Below are positions 19,688 through 28,398 of a DNA stretch of 31,883 nt, in pieces (positions within the stretch are counted from its first letter, which is position 1; each line of letters opens with the position of its first letter). The translations under genes were made by a program, and so were the position numbers. Source of the DNA: Chlamydiota bacterium (GTDB lineage Bacteria; Chlamydiota; Chlamydiia; Chlamydiales; SM23-39); the NCBI GenBank assembly GCA_039179045.1, contig JBCDEZ010000012.1:1-31883 (forward strand), in the 5' to 3' direction. The notes below the pieces were generated by a model, which saw only the letters and a program-made list of their open reading frames with translations, did not search any database and was not told where the DNA came from.

Positions 19688-20467
19688 CTAGAAACGAAAC
19701 GCAGCGAAAACTGTGACCGCCTCTTCATCGATGAGGCGCGCTTCAATCGTGAGCGCAAACGATTTTTTGCTTGTGATCGATGATCCAAGATACAGACCCA
19801 CATGACGGCGACTTCTCCAGAATCTTTCTTGACTCTCTCCGACGAACAGATCGGGAATGTAGGGCAGGTGGGCCGTCGATTTCGCCGAGGTATACTTGAC
19901 TCCAATATAGGGCACCAAAAAGTCCATTTCGTAGGAAAAGCCCACATTCGCCTGCCACTCTCGATAATGCAAAGACCCGTCTTCCGTTGGGTAGCCTACT
20001 CCATCGACAGAAAGATGGGAAATTTTGGGACACAGTCTACTGTAACAAAGCCCTATTCCCAAGGCAAAAAGACGCCAATCAAGTAGCAGTACGTTGCCTC
20101 CAACACTCCAAAAAAGCTCTTCATCGCTGCCCAAGACCGCCCGGTGCTTGAGTGGGCCCGAAGAAAAGGGAAAATTCGCATCGATTCTCCCACTGCCTGC
20201 GGTGCCAAAAAGACTGATCCGATCGAAGATATCACAGGAGATACGTCCCGAATTTGTATAGATCTCATATTTTTCCAAAGAGCCAAAGCCTGTCTGGTAC
20301 TGGTCCAAATAACGATCAAAAACAAAATTTCCCTCGTATCCTACACGCACGTGAATCGGAATCTTGATCAGAGAAAAGAGCTCTTCGCGCAACATCCCTG
20401 GCATAAAGGGATTCCCAATGGGAGCGGAGAAGAGGAAAAAAGGAAGAAACAAAGAGACCCATCTCAT
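19688..20467 (-). CDS. MOMP/PorB-like chlamydial porin family protein
   Basis: Signal peptide then APIGNP (MOMP LPVGNP), GYEGNFVFDRYL, YREWQANVGFSYEMDFLVPYIGVKY, C-terminal IEARLIDEEAVTVFAAFRF. Confidence 0.88.
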   Translation of the reverse strand: MRWVSLFLPFFLFSAPIGNPFMPGMLREELFSLIKIPIHVRVGYEGNFVFDRYLDQYQTGFGSLEKYEIYTNSGRISCDIFDRISLFGTAGSGRIDANFPFSSGPLKHRAVLGSDEELFWSVGGNVLLLDWRLFALGIGLCYSRLCPKISHLSVDGVGYPTEDGSLHYREWQANVGFSYEMDFLVPYIGVKYTSAKSTAHLPYIPDLFVGESQERFWRSRRHVGLYLGSSITSKKSFALTIEARLIDEEAVTVFAAFRF

Positions 20468-20687
20468 AGGTTCTAGCGCCTAATTGTCTAAAGAGAATCA
20501 TGCATGAGTTTGTCAAGAATGGCTCTTTTTTACAATATCGCACTTTTTCGAAAAGTGTGATGGAGCCTTTTTCGCTCGGTCTACGGAGGGAAAAGAGAAG
20601 AAAATTCCTTTGAGCACATGCGCATTTTCTTTTAGTCCCAGTTTTCGTAAACTCGGAGAAAACTTGCTTGAAAGTGGGAAAATAAAG

Positions 20688-22610
20688 ATGATCATACACG
20701 TTCCGGAGAAAGATCCGATTGCATTGGAAGAGGGGAGCCGAGGGGAGGATCTTGCTGAAAAGCTCCATCTAACGGCACCCTATCAGGCTCTGGCTTGCAC
20801 GATCAATGGAGCGCAAAAAGATTTTTCTCACCCCCTTTTTGATCAGGATCACGTAGAGATACAAGGATTCGAAGATCCCAAGGGTAAAGAAGTTTTTTGG
20901 CACACATCGGCCCATCTACTTGCGCAAGCGGTCTTGCGCCTTTGGCCTAAAGCTCTTCCCACAATCGGACCTCCCATCGAGCAGGGCTTTTACTACGACT
21001 TTGCCCATCTGACGATTTCAGAGGAGGATTTCCCGAGAATTCAACGGGAAATGGAAGCGATTGCCCGAGAAAATGCACGCCCAGAGCGGATCGAGTTCTC
21101 CTCAAACGAAGAGGCCTTAGAGGCGTTTTCCCACAACCCCTACAAAACTGAACTCATCAAAGAATTTTCGGGGACCATTTCCGCCTACAAGCAAGGGGAA
21201 TTTTTCGATCTTTGCCGTGGCCCGCATCTCCCTTTTTTGGGGAAAATTCGGGCGATCAAGCTGCTGAAAGTTTCAGGAGCCTACTGGAGAGGAGATGCGA
21301 AAAGGGAGATGCTTACACGGATCTATGGCATCTCTTTTCCCGAACGTAAACTGCTAAAAGCGTACCTCCAAGCGTTGGAAGAGGCAAAAAAGCGGGATCA
21401 CAAGCTTTGGGGAGCCAAGCTCGATCTCTTCTCTTTTCGAGAAGAGGCTCCTGGTATGCCGTTCATCCATCCGAAGGGTTTGCTTATCTGGAACCACCTT
21501 CTGGAATACTTGCGCTTTTGCTTACATGAAGAAGAGTACGTAGAGATCAAAACTCCGATGATCATGTCGCAGGCTCTTTGGGAGCGCTCGGGACACTGGG
21601 AGCATTACCGAGAACATATGTACACCTCCCAGATAGAGGAAAAATCCCTTGCGATCAAGCCCATGAACTGCCCTGGCTGCATGCTCTACTACGCCTCTTC
21701 AGTACACAGCTACCGAGAATTGCCTTTGAGGGTAGCGGAAATCGGATATGTGCACCGCTACGAGCCTTCAGGAGCCCTGAACGGCCTTTTTCGCGTACGC
21801 GCATTCCACCAAGACGACGCACATATTTTCCTGCAGCCAGGACAAATCCAAGAAGAAATTTTGGCCATCTTGCACCTGGCCAATCAGATCTACATGACCT
21901 TTGGCCTCTCGTACCATCTCGAACTATCAACCCGTCCCCAAGATTCGATGGGAACAGAAGAGGAGTGGGCAGTGGCAACAGAGGGACTTCGTAACGCTCT
22001 CGAAGACTGGGGACACTCGTACAAAGTCAACGAAGGAGATGGCGCTTTTTACGGACCCAAAATCGACATCCATGTAAGCGATGCTCTTCAAAGGCGCTGG
22101 CAGTGTGGCACGATCCAGCTCGATCTCTCCTTACCGGAAAAATTCTCTTTAAAATATGTAGACCGCGATGGACAGGCAAAAAAGCCCATCATGCTTCATA
22201 GAGCTCTATTCGGATCCATTGAACGGTTCTGGGGTATCTTGATCGAACATTTCGCCGGGAAATTTCCCTTATGGCTCAGCAGCTATCAAGTAGCGATCAT
22301 ACCGGTTGCCGACCGGCATTTGCCCTATGCGCGTAGCGTCGAAAAAAAGCTAAAAAAGGCTTCTCTCATATCTGAAGTTGATGATACAAAAGAATCGGTG
22401 AGTAAGAAGGTAAGAAAAGCGCAGATGATGAAGACCAACTACATCGTGACTGTAGGCGATCAAGAATGCGCAAAAAGTACCATCTCACTTAGAACCCGAG
22501 ACAACGTTGTGCACGGAGAGATTTCGTTAGACTCCTTCTTAGAAAAAGTATTGGAGGAGAGAAAAACCAGATCCCTACTCTCTCCTTTTGAGGTGGAAAA
22601 AAAACAGTAA
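20688..22610 (+). CDS. thrS: Threonine--tRNA ligase
   Basis: TGS domain, FWHTSAHLLAQAV, DLCRGPH, RDHK, KPMNCPG, HRYEPSGAL.GLFRVRAFHQDDAHIF, GAFYGPKID, MLHRALFGSIERF. Start set to ATG 20688. Confidence 0.98.
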   Translation: MIIHVPEKDPIALEEGSRGEDLAEKLHLTAPYQALACTINGAQKDFSHPLFDQDHVEIQGFEDPKGKEVFWHTSAHLLAQAVLRLWPKALPTIGPPIEQGFYYDFAHLTISEEDFPRIQREMEAIARENARPERIEFSSNEEALEAFSHNPYKTELIKEFSGTISAYKQGEFFDLCRGPHLPFLGKIRAIKLLKVSGAYWRGDAKREMLTRIYGISFPERKLLKAYLQALEEAKKRDHKLWGAKLDLFSFREEAPGMPFIHPKGLLIWNHLLEYLRFCLHEEEYVEIKTPMIMSQALWERSGHWEHYREHMYTSQIEEKSLAIKPMNCPGCMLYYASSVHSYRELPLRVAEIGYVHRYEPSGALNGLFRVRAFHQDDAHIFLQPGQIQEEILAILHLANQIYMTFGLSYHLELSTRPQDSMGTEEEWAVATEGLRNALEDWGHSYKVNEGDGAFYGPKIDIHVSDALQRRWQCGTIQLDLSLPEKFSLKYVDRDGQAKKPIMLHRALFGSIERFWGILIEHFAGKFPLWLSSYQVAIIPVADRHLPYARSVEKKLKKASLISEVDDTKESVSKKVRKAQMMKTNYIVTVGDQECAKSTISLRTRDNVVHGEISLDSFLEKVLEERKTRSLLSPFEVEKKQ

Positions 22611-23381
22611 ATGCCGAAAGATAGCCAGCCAAAAGTCGTAGCTGTGATCAGTTTCAAAGGAGGAACAGCCAAAACCTCCACATCTTTGCATGTAGGAGCA
22701 GCTCTTGCAAAATTCCATAAAAAAAACGTTCTTTTGATCGACTTCGACGCGCAGGCCAACCTCACAACGGGCCTCGGATACGACCCCGATGAGCACGATA
22801 GCATCGCTCCCGTCTTGCAGGGAGAAAAACCGATTGAAGAAGTAATCTTGCCCACCTGTCTGCCTGGTCTCGATCTCATTCCGGCAGACACCTGGTTGGA
22901 GCGAGTCGAGCTAGCAGCGCCACTCGCTACCGATCGCTATTCTCACGAGCGTTTGAAGTCTCTTTTGCAGCCCTTGCAATACGACTACATATTCATTGAC
23001 ACGCCTCCCTCTCTTTGCTGGCTAACCGAATCTGCCCTAGTTGCCTCTGGATGGAGCCTTGTCTGTGCTACTTCTGGTTTTTACAGCCTAAAAGGCCTCC
23101 AAAGACTCGCAACATTTGTAGAGAATATCGGCAAACGTCATCTACTCGAAGTGCTCGGCGTCTCCGTAGCCTTCTGGAACGGAAGAGGGAAGTACAACGC
23201 ATCGTGTCTCCAAGCAATCGAAGAAATCTTCCCTGGAAAAATCTTTCCCTCCAAGATCCGCAGAGATACCCATATTTCCGACGCCTCGATTTATGGAGCT
23301 CCTGTCTTTGTTACCGCCCCTCGCAGCAGAGCATCTGAGGATTACCAGAACTTAACAGGCGATATTTTGCGCCGGATGTAA
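22611..23381 (+). CDS. parA: ParA/MinD-family ATPase (chromosomal pGP5-D/CT582-like)
   Basis: Deviant Walker A SFKGGTAKTS, LIDFDAQANLT, YDYIFIDTPPSL. Sits between thrS and pGP6-D as in Chlamydia. Confidence 0.9.
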   Translation: MPKDSQPKVVAVISFKGGTAKTSTSLHVGAALAKFHKKNVLLIDFDAQANLTTGLGYDPDEHDSIAPVLQGEKPIEEVILPTCLPGLDLIPADTWLERVELAAPLATDRYSHERLKSLLQPLQYDYIFIDTPPSLCWLTESALVASGWSLVCATSGFYSLKGLQRLATFVENIGKRHLLEVLGVSVAFWNGRGKYNASCLQAIEEIFPGKIFPSKIRRDTHISDASIYGAPVFVTAPRSRASEDYQNLTGDILRRM

Positions 23382-23397
23382 CCTTGAAGGAAAGCCG

Positions 23398-24162
23398 ATG
23401 AAAAAGTGTACCTCTCTACTCCAAGAACGCTTGCAGAGCAAAAAACAAGAGAAGATGAGCGCTCTTGCAGAGAAGACATCGAGCGGAAATCTCTCCAGTT
23501 TTGCGGGAGTCTTTCGCGTGGCTTGTTTGAATGCGGCTGAAAAAGAAAGCTTGCGCGCCTTGCTAGAAGAGTTTCGCCATGACGAGCGTCCTTTAGAAGA
23601 AGATCTTCAAGCGCTCATGCAAGTCACATCCGAGGTAAAAGCGATCACGAACCAGGCGATTGTTTTGCATGGGGAAAGGATCGCAAAGGCCCAAAAAGTG
23701 TTGCTACCCTACCGCGACGGCGCTTTTAGCGCCTGGCTTGTTGCAACCTATGGCAATCGGCAGACTCCTTACAACTTCTTGCAATACTACCTATTTCACC
23801 GCTCTTTATCCCCCAAATTCCGCGACAAGCTCGAGACCATGCCCCGCCAAATCGTCTACGCTTTGGCGAGCCGGACGCAGAAAACAGCCCTTCCTGCAAA
23901 AATGGTAGAGAGGTGTAAAGAGGAGATTCTCGAGAAATATACGGGACAGCCCAAAGAAGAGATCATGGAGATGATTCGCCAAGCCTTCCCTTTGAAAGCA
24001 GATGATGGAAGAGCAAGGAACGGAGCGCGCTTTGTTGTAAGTCAGCTCGAAAAAACCTTCCTACTGATGAAAAATCTCTCCTTCCAACCAACCGAAAGGC
24101 AAAAAGAGCAGATTGGGATTTGGTTAGACGAAATCAAGAAAAATCTGGGTGAGAGGATTTGA
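23398..24162 (+). CDS. pGP6-D (CT583/Pgp6) family protein
   Basis: EVKAITNQAIVLHGERIAKAQKVL..YRDGAFSAWLVATYGNRQTPYNFLQYY and MPRQIVYALASR are hallmark pGP6-D motifs. Follows parA. Confidence 0.92.
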   Translation: MKKCTSLLQERLQSKKQEKMSALAEKTSSGNLSSFAGVFRVACLNAAEKESLRALLEEFRHDERPLEEDLQALMQVTSEVKAITNQAIVLHGERIAKAQKVLLPYRDGAFSAWLVATYGNRQTPYNFLQYYLFHRSLSPKFRDKLETMPRQIVYALASRTQKTALPAKMVERCKEEILEKYTGQPKEEIMEMIRQAFPLKADDGRARNGARFVVSQLEKTFLLMKNLSFQPTERQKEQIGIWLDEIKKNLGERI

Positions 24163-24218
24163 ACCTCCGACCTCTTGCACCCCATGCAAGCGCGCTATCC
24201 AAGCTGCGCCACACCCAG
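24144..24218 (-). tRNA. tRNA-Pro (GGG)
   Basis: Reverse complement CTGGGTGTGGCGCAGCTTGGATAGCGCGCTTGCATGGGGTGCAAGAGGTCGGAGGTTCAAATCCTCTCACCCAGA: 7-bp acceptor stem, anticodon arm CTTGC-ATGGGGT-GCAAG, T-loop GTTCAAATC. CCA not encoded. Confidence 0.96.
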
Positions 24219-24476
24219 ATAAGCATCGAGACCTTCGAGCGTGTAATCAGCCTTTTTGAGTTCTTTGAGGCCGATCTTTGCGCACTCGGCGATGATTTTT
24301 TCCATCACATCGCCTAAATTGAGTTCATGAGCGAGTAGATCTACGGTCAGTTGAGCGGAAATCACGACCCCGTTGCTTTCCGCTTTTACCTGAAAATGGG
24401 CATAGAACCCCTCTTTTTTTCGGGAGATGTGTTTGAAACAAATCACATTATTTTTTGTCAGGTCATTCATAAACAC
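24195..24476 (-). CDS. Conserved chlamydial hypothetical protein (possibly CT656-like); start may be ATG 24470
   Basis: 93-aa ORF with NVICFKHISRKKEGFYAHFQVK...LTVDL...EKIIAECAKIG, resembling a recalled small chlamydial family. Divergent from ung. Confidence 0.65.
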   Translation of the reverse strand: MFMNDLTKNNVICFKHISRKKEGFYAHFQVKAESNGVVISAQLTVDLLAHELNLGDVMEKIIAECAKIGLKELKKADYTLEGLDAYLGVAQLG

Positions 24477-24655
24477 TACCTTTGAATAGCGCTCATCTTA
24501 GCAAGCAACCCCGTTTTCGTCAAAAGGAGATTTCCTCCTTTCCCATTGGGAGCACTTAAGGAAAAATCGGCTCTATCCTCAGTCCGTTTAGGAAAATTCC
24601 CTTTTTTAACGAAGCATGCTTGTGGTAAAATGCTTGTCAAACTAAGCGAGGATGC

Positions 24656-25333
24656 ATGCACCACCCTTTCTTGATGGAAGCCTCTTGGAAAGAGCAGCTA
24701 CAGGGAGAGTTTTCTACAGACTATATGAGCAAACTGGCCGATTTTCTACGAGAAGAGTACGCTACGGGAAAAACGGTTTATCCACCGCAAGAAGACATTT
24801 TCCGAGCCTTTTGCCACTGCTCATTTCCCGATACCTCAGTAGTCATCGTCGGACAAGATCCCTACCACAATCCAGGTCAAGCGCACGGTCTGTCATTTAG
24901 TGTGCAAGAAGGTGTGCGCCAGCCCCCCTCTTTGCAAAACATTTTTCAAGAGATCACGCGCGATTTGGAACTACCCATGTCCCAGACAGGGTGCCTTACC
25001 CCTTGGGCAAAGCAGGGTGTTCTTCTTTTGAATACGATCCTCACTGTACGAAAAAATGAGCCCAAATCGCATCACGGCCAAGGCTGGGAGCGATTTACCG
25101 ACGCAGTGATCGAGAAGCTCTCGTCTAGACAAGAGCCCTTGGTCTTCCTCCTTTGGGGAAAATCTGCGCAGGAAAAATGCGAGCGCCTCGATACCTCCCG
25201 GCATCTTTGCCTCAAAGCTGCGCACCCCTCTCCCTATTCAGCTCGCAACGGTTTTTTTGGATGCCGCCACTTTTCTCAGGCCAACGAGTTTCTCAAAAAA
25301 GTGGGCAAGCGACCAATCGTCTGGCAGCTGTAA
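24656..25333 (+). CDS. ung: Uracil-DNA glycosylase (family 1)
   Basis: VVIVGQDPYH, QAHGLSFSV, PPSLQNIF, QGVLLLNTILTV, AHPSPYS. Confidence 0.98.
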   Translation: MHHPFLMEASWKEQLQGEFSTDYMSKLADFLREEYATGKTVYPPQEDIFRAFCHCSFPDTSVVIVGQDPYHNPGQAHGLSFSVQEGVRQPPSLQNIFQEITRDLELPMSQTGCLTPWAKQGVLLLNTILTVRKNEPKSHHGQGWERFTDAVIEKLSSRQEPLVFLLWGKSAQEKCERLDTSRHLCLKAAHPSPYSARNGFFGCRHFSQANEFLKKVGKRPIVWQL

Positions 25334-25377
25334 AAATATTCCCTTCTCATGCTAGCTTGCAGAAAAGGGAGAATACA

Positions 25378-26607
25378 ATGCGAAAAGAGCGCATTTCCGA
25401 TAGAAAACGGCGCCTGGCTCTTGCCGCTGTTTTCTGCACGTTTTTCCTCGACAACATCGCCTGGTCGATGGTCTATCCAGTTTTTGCTCCCTTATTTTTG
25501 GGATCAACTCTTTTCCAAGAGGGGACAAGCACGGCAACCAAGGTGGCTTTTTTAGGCCTATTCCTGAGTGTGTTTCATCTGATGCAATTTCTCTTTGCTC
25601 CCCTCATCGGGGAGTTTTCCGATCGAAATGGGAGGAGAAAAGCCTTTCTCTACACGATCTTTTGCACAACAGCCGGGTTTTTTCTCTCAGCTTGGGGTGT
25701 GGAAATGCGCCATTTAGGACTCCTCTTTTGGGGGAGGGTGGTAACGGGAGCTTTTTCGGGGAATTTATCCCTTTGCCTCGCAGCAATCAGCGATCTGAGC
25801 CCAGCCAAAGGGCGCTCGCGCGTCCACCAATTCGGCAACCTCTCGCTCATCGCAGGGATCGCTTTCATCTTGGGGGCATTTTGGGGAGGAAAACTCTCCG
25901 ATGCGCATCTCTCTCCCTACTTTTCTCCCTCATTACCTTTTTGGATCGGTACCCTCCTCACAGCAGGCAATGGCATTTTTGTTTGGTTCTCATTTGAAGA
26001 GCCATTCGTGCGCAATCGCGCCATCACGTTCCATCTCGGCGAAGGGTGGCGTAATATCTGCCTGGCTCTTCAGACGAAAAATCTACAAAAAATCTATGTG
26101 ATCTACCTCTTTTTCCTTTTAGCTTGGAACATTGTGCTGCAATTTTCTCCCATTTTTGCAGTCAACACTTTCGCTTTTTCTCCTTCAAATCTGGGAAGCT
26201 TCATGGCCTTTTTAGGCGTTTGTTGGGCGCTCGGCTCAGGAATCATTACTAAGTGGCTTGTCTCCTATTTGCAGGAGGCGCAGGTGCTCGGCTCTTGCCT
26301 GTTTGGCTTCAGTATTTTGGCGTTTCTCATCATTTTTGCAAAAAGCGCTTTTACCTTTGTTCTACTCGTCGGGATCGTAGTTTTGCTGTCGGGGATTTCC
26401 TGGCCTCTTTGCACAGAGAATATCAGCAAAAAAGCGACACAAAAGATGCGGGGAAAAGTACTCGGCATGAGTCAGTCTGTACAGTCGTTTGCGATGGGAT
26501 GCGCCCCTACAGCAGCCCTTTTTGCGTATCTTTCTGTGGATATACCTCTCCTTGTTGCGGGGGGATTGGGTCTTGTGGCGTTCTTCTTATTTCTACTGCA
26601 AAAATAG
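25378..26607 (+). CDS. MFS transporter, DHA1/TetA-like drug:H+ antiporter family
   Basis: Motif A GEFSDRNGRRKAF, GRVVTGAFSGN, about 12 hydrophobic segments. Start set to ATG 25378 after AGGGAGA. Confidence 0.85.
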   Translation: MRKERISDRKRRLALAAVFCTFFLDNIAWSMVYPVFAPLFLGSTLFQEGTSTATKVAFLGLFLSVFHLMQFLFAPLIGEFSDRNGRRKAFLYTIFCTTAGFFLSAWGVEMRHLGLLFWGRVVTGAFSGNLSLCLAAISDLSPAKGRSRVHQFGNLSLIAGIAFILGAFWGGKLSDAHLSPYFSPSLPFWIGTLLTAGNGIFVWFSFEEPFVRNRAITFHLGEGWRNICLALQTKNLQKIYVIYLFFLLAWNIVLQFSPIFAVNTFAFSPSNLGSFMAFLGVCWALGSGIITKWLVSYLQEAQVLGSCLFGFSILAFLIIFAKSAFTFVLLVGIVVLLSGISWPLCTENISKKATQKMRGKVLGMSQSVQSFAMGCAPTAALFAYLSVDIPLLVAGGLGLVAFFLFLLQK

Positions 26608-26887
26608 GAATGAGCAGTCAAAGCACCAGAATTTGGGTGGGGGAAACGGTGTGTGGAAAATTGGTCGATAACCCCCCATATCTCTGTAGACAAGATTGTT
26701 CATAACTTTTTTCCGTTCATAACTTCGTACTTATCTTCTGCTTGTGAACAGAGTTATGAACAGCTCTTTTCTCTTGGAAAAAAGGGGGATATGAACAAAC
26801 CAACACCCTTAGAAGAAGAAGAAGTAAGAAATAAGATTTCTTCTTCTATCTTCCCCTCTTTTGCTAAGAACGATATACTGACAAACC
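26608..26887. other. Candidate chromosomal replication origin (oriC)
   Basis: TGTGGAAAA at 26652 is an exact TTWTNCACA box on the minus strand. Several degenerate boxes follow, then CAACACCC and TAG-AAG-AAG-AAG-AAG-TAA trinucleotide repeats. Confidence 0.65.
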
Positions 26888-27544
26888 ATGGACTGGAGTC
26901 AGATTTTCTCATCAAAGACTGTCGCGGAGTGGGAGCTTTTTTTCCAACCAGACCCCCTCTCTCAAGGCTTTTGCCGCGTTCAAAAACACTTAGCCACCCT
27001 TTCACTAGGGGTTATTTGCGTTACGCTCCCTGAGGGCGTTTATTTGCGCAATAAAGAACTAATTTCTATTGAAGAGGGGTGTCAGATCGCGCCAGGTACG
27101 ACGATTCAAGGTCCCTGCCTGATCAAAAAAGGGTGCATTATCGGTCCCGGCGCTTACATACGGGGAGAAAAAGGGTGTTATATCGGTCCAAATTCACGTG
27201 TAGGCCACGGAACAGAGGTGAAAGACTCCATACTAGTTTCGGGAGTCAAAGCTGCCCATTTTTGTTACATCGGAGATAGTTTTCTTGCGCCCGATGTCTC
27301 TTTGGGAGCTGGCGTGAAGTGCGCAAACGCGCACTTACGCGGCCAAAAAATCACGTTCACTATTGGTGGGAAAAAGTATGCTACGGGAAGAAAAAAATGG
27401 GGCGCGATGCTAGGAGATGGAGCGATGGTGGGGTGCAACGCAGTACTCAATCCTGGATCTATAGTGCCAAAAGGAAAAATTGTGTTTCCCCTACAAAACG
27501 TACACGGCGTTTGGAACGAAAGGGTAGAACGTTGCAAAAGATAG
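26888..27544 (+). CDS. GlmU-like hexapeptide-repeat acetyltransferase (CT629-like; no uridyltransferase domain)
   Basis: Left-handed beta-helix repeats, IGPGAYIRG, VGHGTEVKDSIL, AAHFCYIGDS, SLGAGVKCAN, TGRKKWGAMLGD..VGCNAVLNPG. Confidence 0.85.
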   Translation: MDWSQIFSSKTVAEWELFFQPDPLSQGFCRVQKHLATLSLGVICVTLPEGVYLRNKELISIEEGCQIAPGTTIQGPCLIKKGCIIGPGAYIRGEKGCYIGPNSRVGHGTEVKDSILVSGVKAAHFCYIGDSFLAPDVSLGAGVKCANAHLRGQKITFTIGGKKYATGRKKWGAMLGDGAMVGCNAVLNPGSIVPKGKIVFPLQNVHGVWNERVERCKR

Positions 27545-28398
27545 ATGAGAAGCTAGGGAAGATGCGTCTTGCAATTGAGGCCTCTTTGCAAGAACTGGTC
27601 GAGTCATTAGGAGAGCGCACTTGCCTACGCGATGCGATTGGGTACAGCTTGCTTAGCGAGGGCAAGCGTCTGCGTCCTTTGCTTCTTCTTTTGGTGAGTG
27701 AGGCTCTAGGCAAGGGGTACGACGCCATGCCCGCGGCCCTTGCTGTAGAATGCTTTCATAGTGCTTCTCTCATCGCAGATGATTTGCCTTGCATGGATAA
27801 CGAAAAAGAGCGTAGAGGCCTTCCCTGCGTGCACCACATCTACCCAGAGAGCGTGACGATCTTAGCGAGCTATACCCTGATTTCTTTGGGATACGAATAC
27901 ATACACAAAAATGCTGCGCGCCTTCCCCTTGAAAAAGAGGCAAAAAGCGCCATTGGGATGCGCGCTCTTGCCACGGTTACGCAAGCTGCAGGAATCTTTG
28001 GTGCCACTAACGGACAATTTTTGGATCTGTTTCCTCCCGATCAGAGCCTCGGCACGATCGAAACGATCATGGAGCAGAAAACGGTCACTCTTTTCACCAT
28101 CTCTTGTGTGTGTGGTTGGCTTTTTGGGGGAGGAGAAAAAAGAAGACTTGCCCAAGTGGAAAAACTCGCCTACCACCTCGGAAAAGCGTTCCAGATCCGG
28201 GACGATCTCCTCGATCTTGCTGAGGATCTTCCCGGAGAGAAAAATAGCAACTTTGCGACTCTTCTGGGAAAGGAAAAAGCGCGCCAGCACCTCGAGGAGA
28301 ACCTCTTGCGCTTTTCCGCTCTTTTAGAAGAGCTCGAGATTGCGACTCCCGAGCTTTTATTTTTGGCGCGACGGTTGCAAAAAGTGCCCGTTACTTGA
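27532..28398 (+). CDS. ispA: Polyprenyl synthetase (geranyltranstransferase/FPP synthase); start uncertain (TTG 27532 or ATG 27562)
   Basis: GKRLRP, first aspartate-rich motif [23 protein letters not shown], second motif FQIRDDLLD. Confidence 0.9.
   Translation: MQKIDEKLGKMRLAIEASLQELVESLGERTCLRDAIGYSLLSEGKRLRPLLLLLVSEALGKGYDAMPAALAVECFHSASLIADDLPCMDNEKERRGLPCVHHIYPESVTILASYTLISLGYEYIHKNAARLPLEKEAKSAIGMRALATVTQAAGIFGATNGQFLDLFPPDQSLGTIETIMEQKTVTLFTISCVCGWLFGGGEKRRLAQVEKLAYHLGKAFQIRDDLLDLAEDLPGEKNSNFATLLGKEKARQHLEENLLRFSALLEELEIATPELLFLARRLQKVPVT

Noticed and set aside
19221..19947. Several ORFs between PhyH and the MOMP-like gene, including a 215-aa minus-strand frame
   Set aside because: The long frame overlaps the porin gene and none has a recognisable domain. 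Could be a remnant, but strand and identity cannot be supported.
24523..24541. AAAGGAG-atttc-CTCCTTT palindrome in the divergent promoter before ung
   Set aside because: Single 7-bp stem, plausible by chance, with no second copy noticed.
25153..25377. N-terminal extension of the DHA1 MFS ORF (similar extensions on ispA and thrS)
   Set aside because: The MFS and ispA extensions overlap upstream genes. In all three cases downstream starts fit the families better.
25378..26607. Calling the MFS a tetracycline-resistance gene (tetA)
   Set aside because: Only family-level DHA1 motifs are present. No tetR or mobile context, and substrate cannot be inferred.
26653..27033. 126-aa ORF across the candidate origin
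   Set aside because: Overlaps the GlmU-like gene out of frame. Its poly-Glu run is just the AAG repeat.
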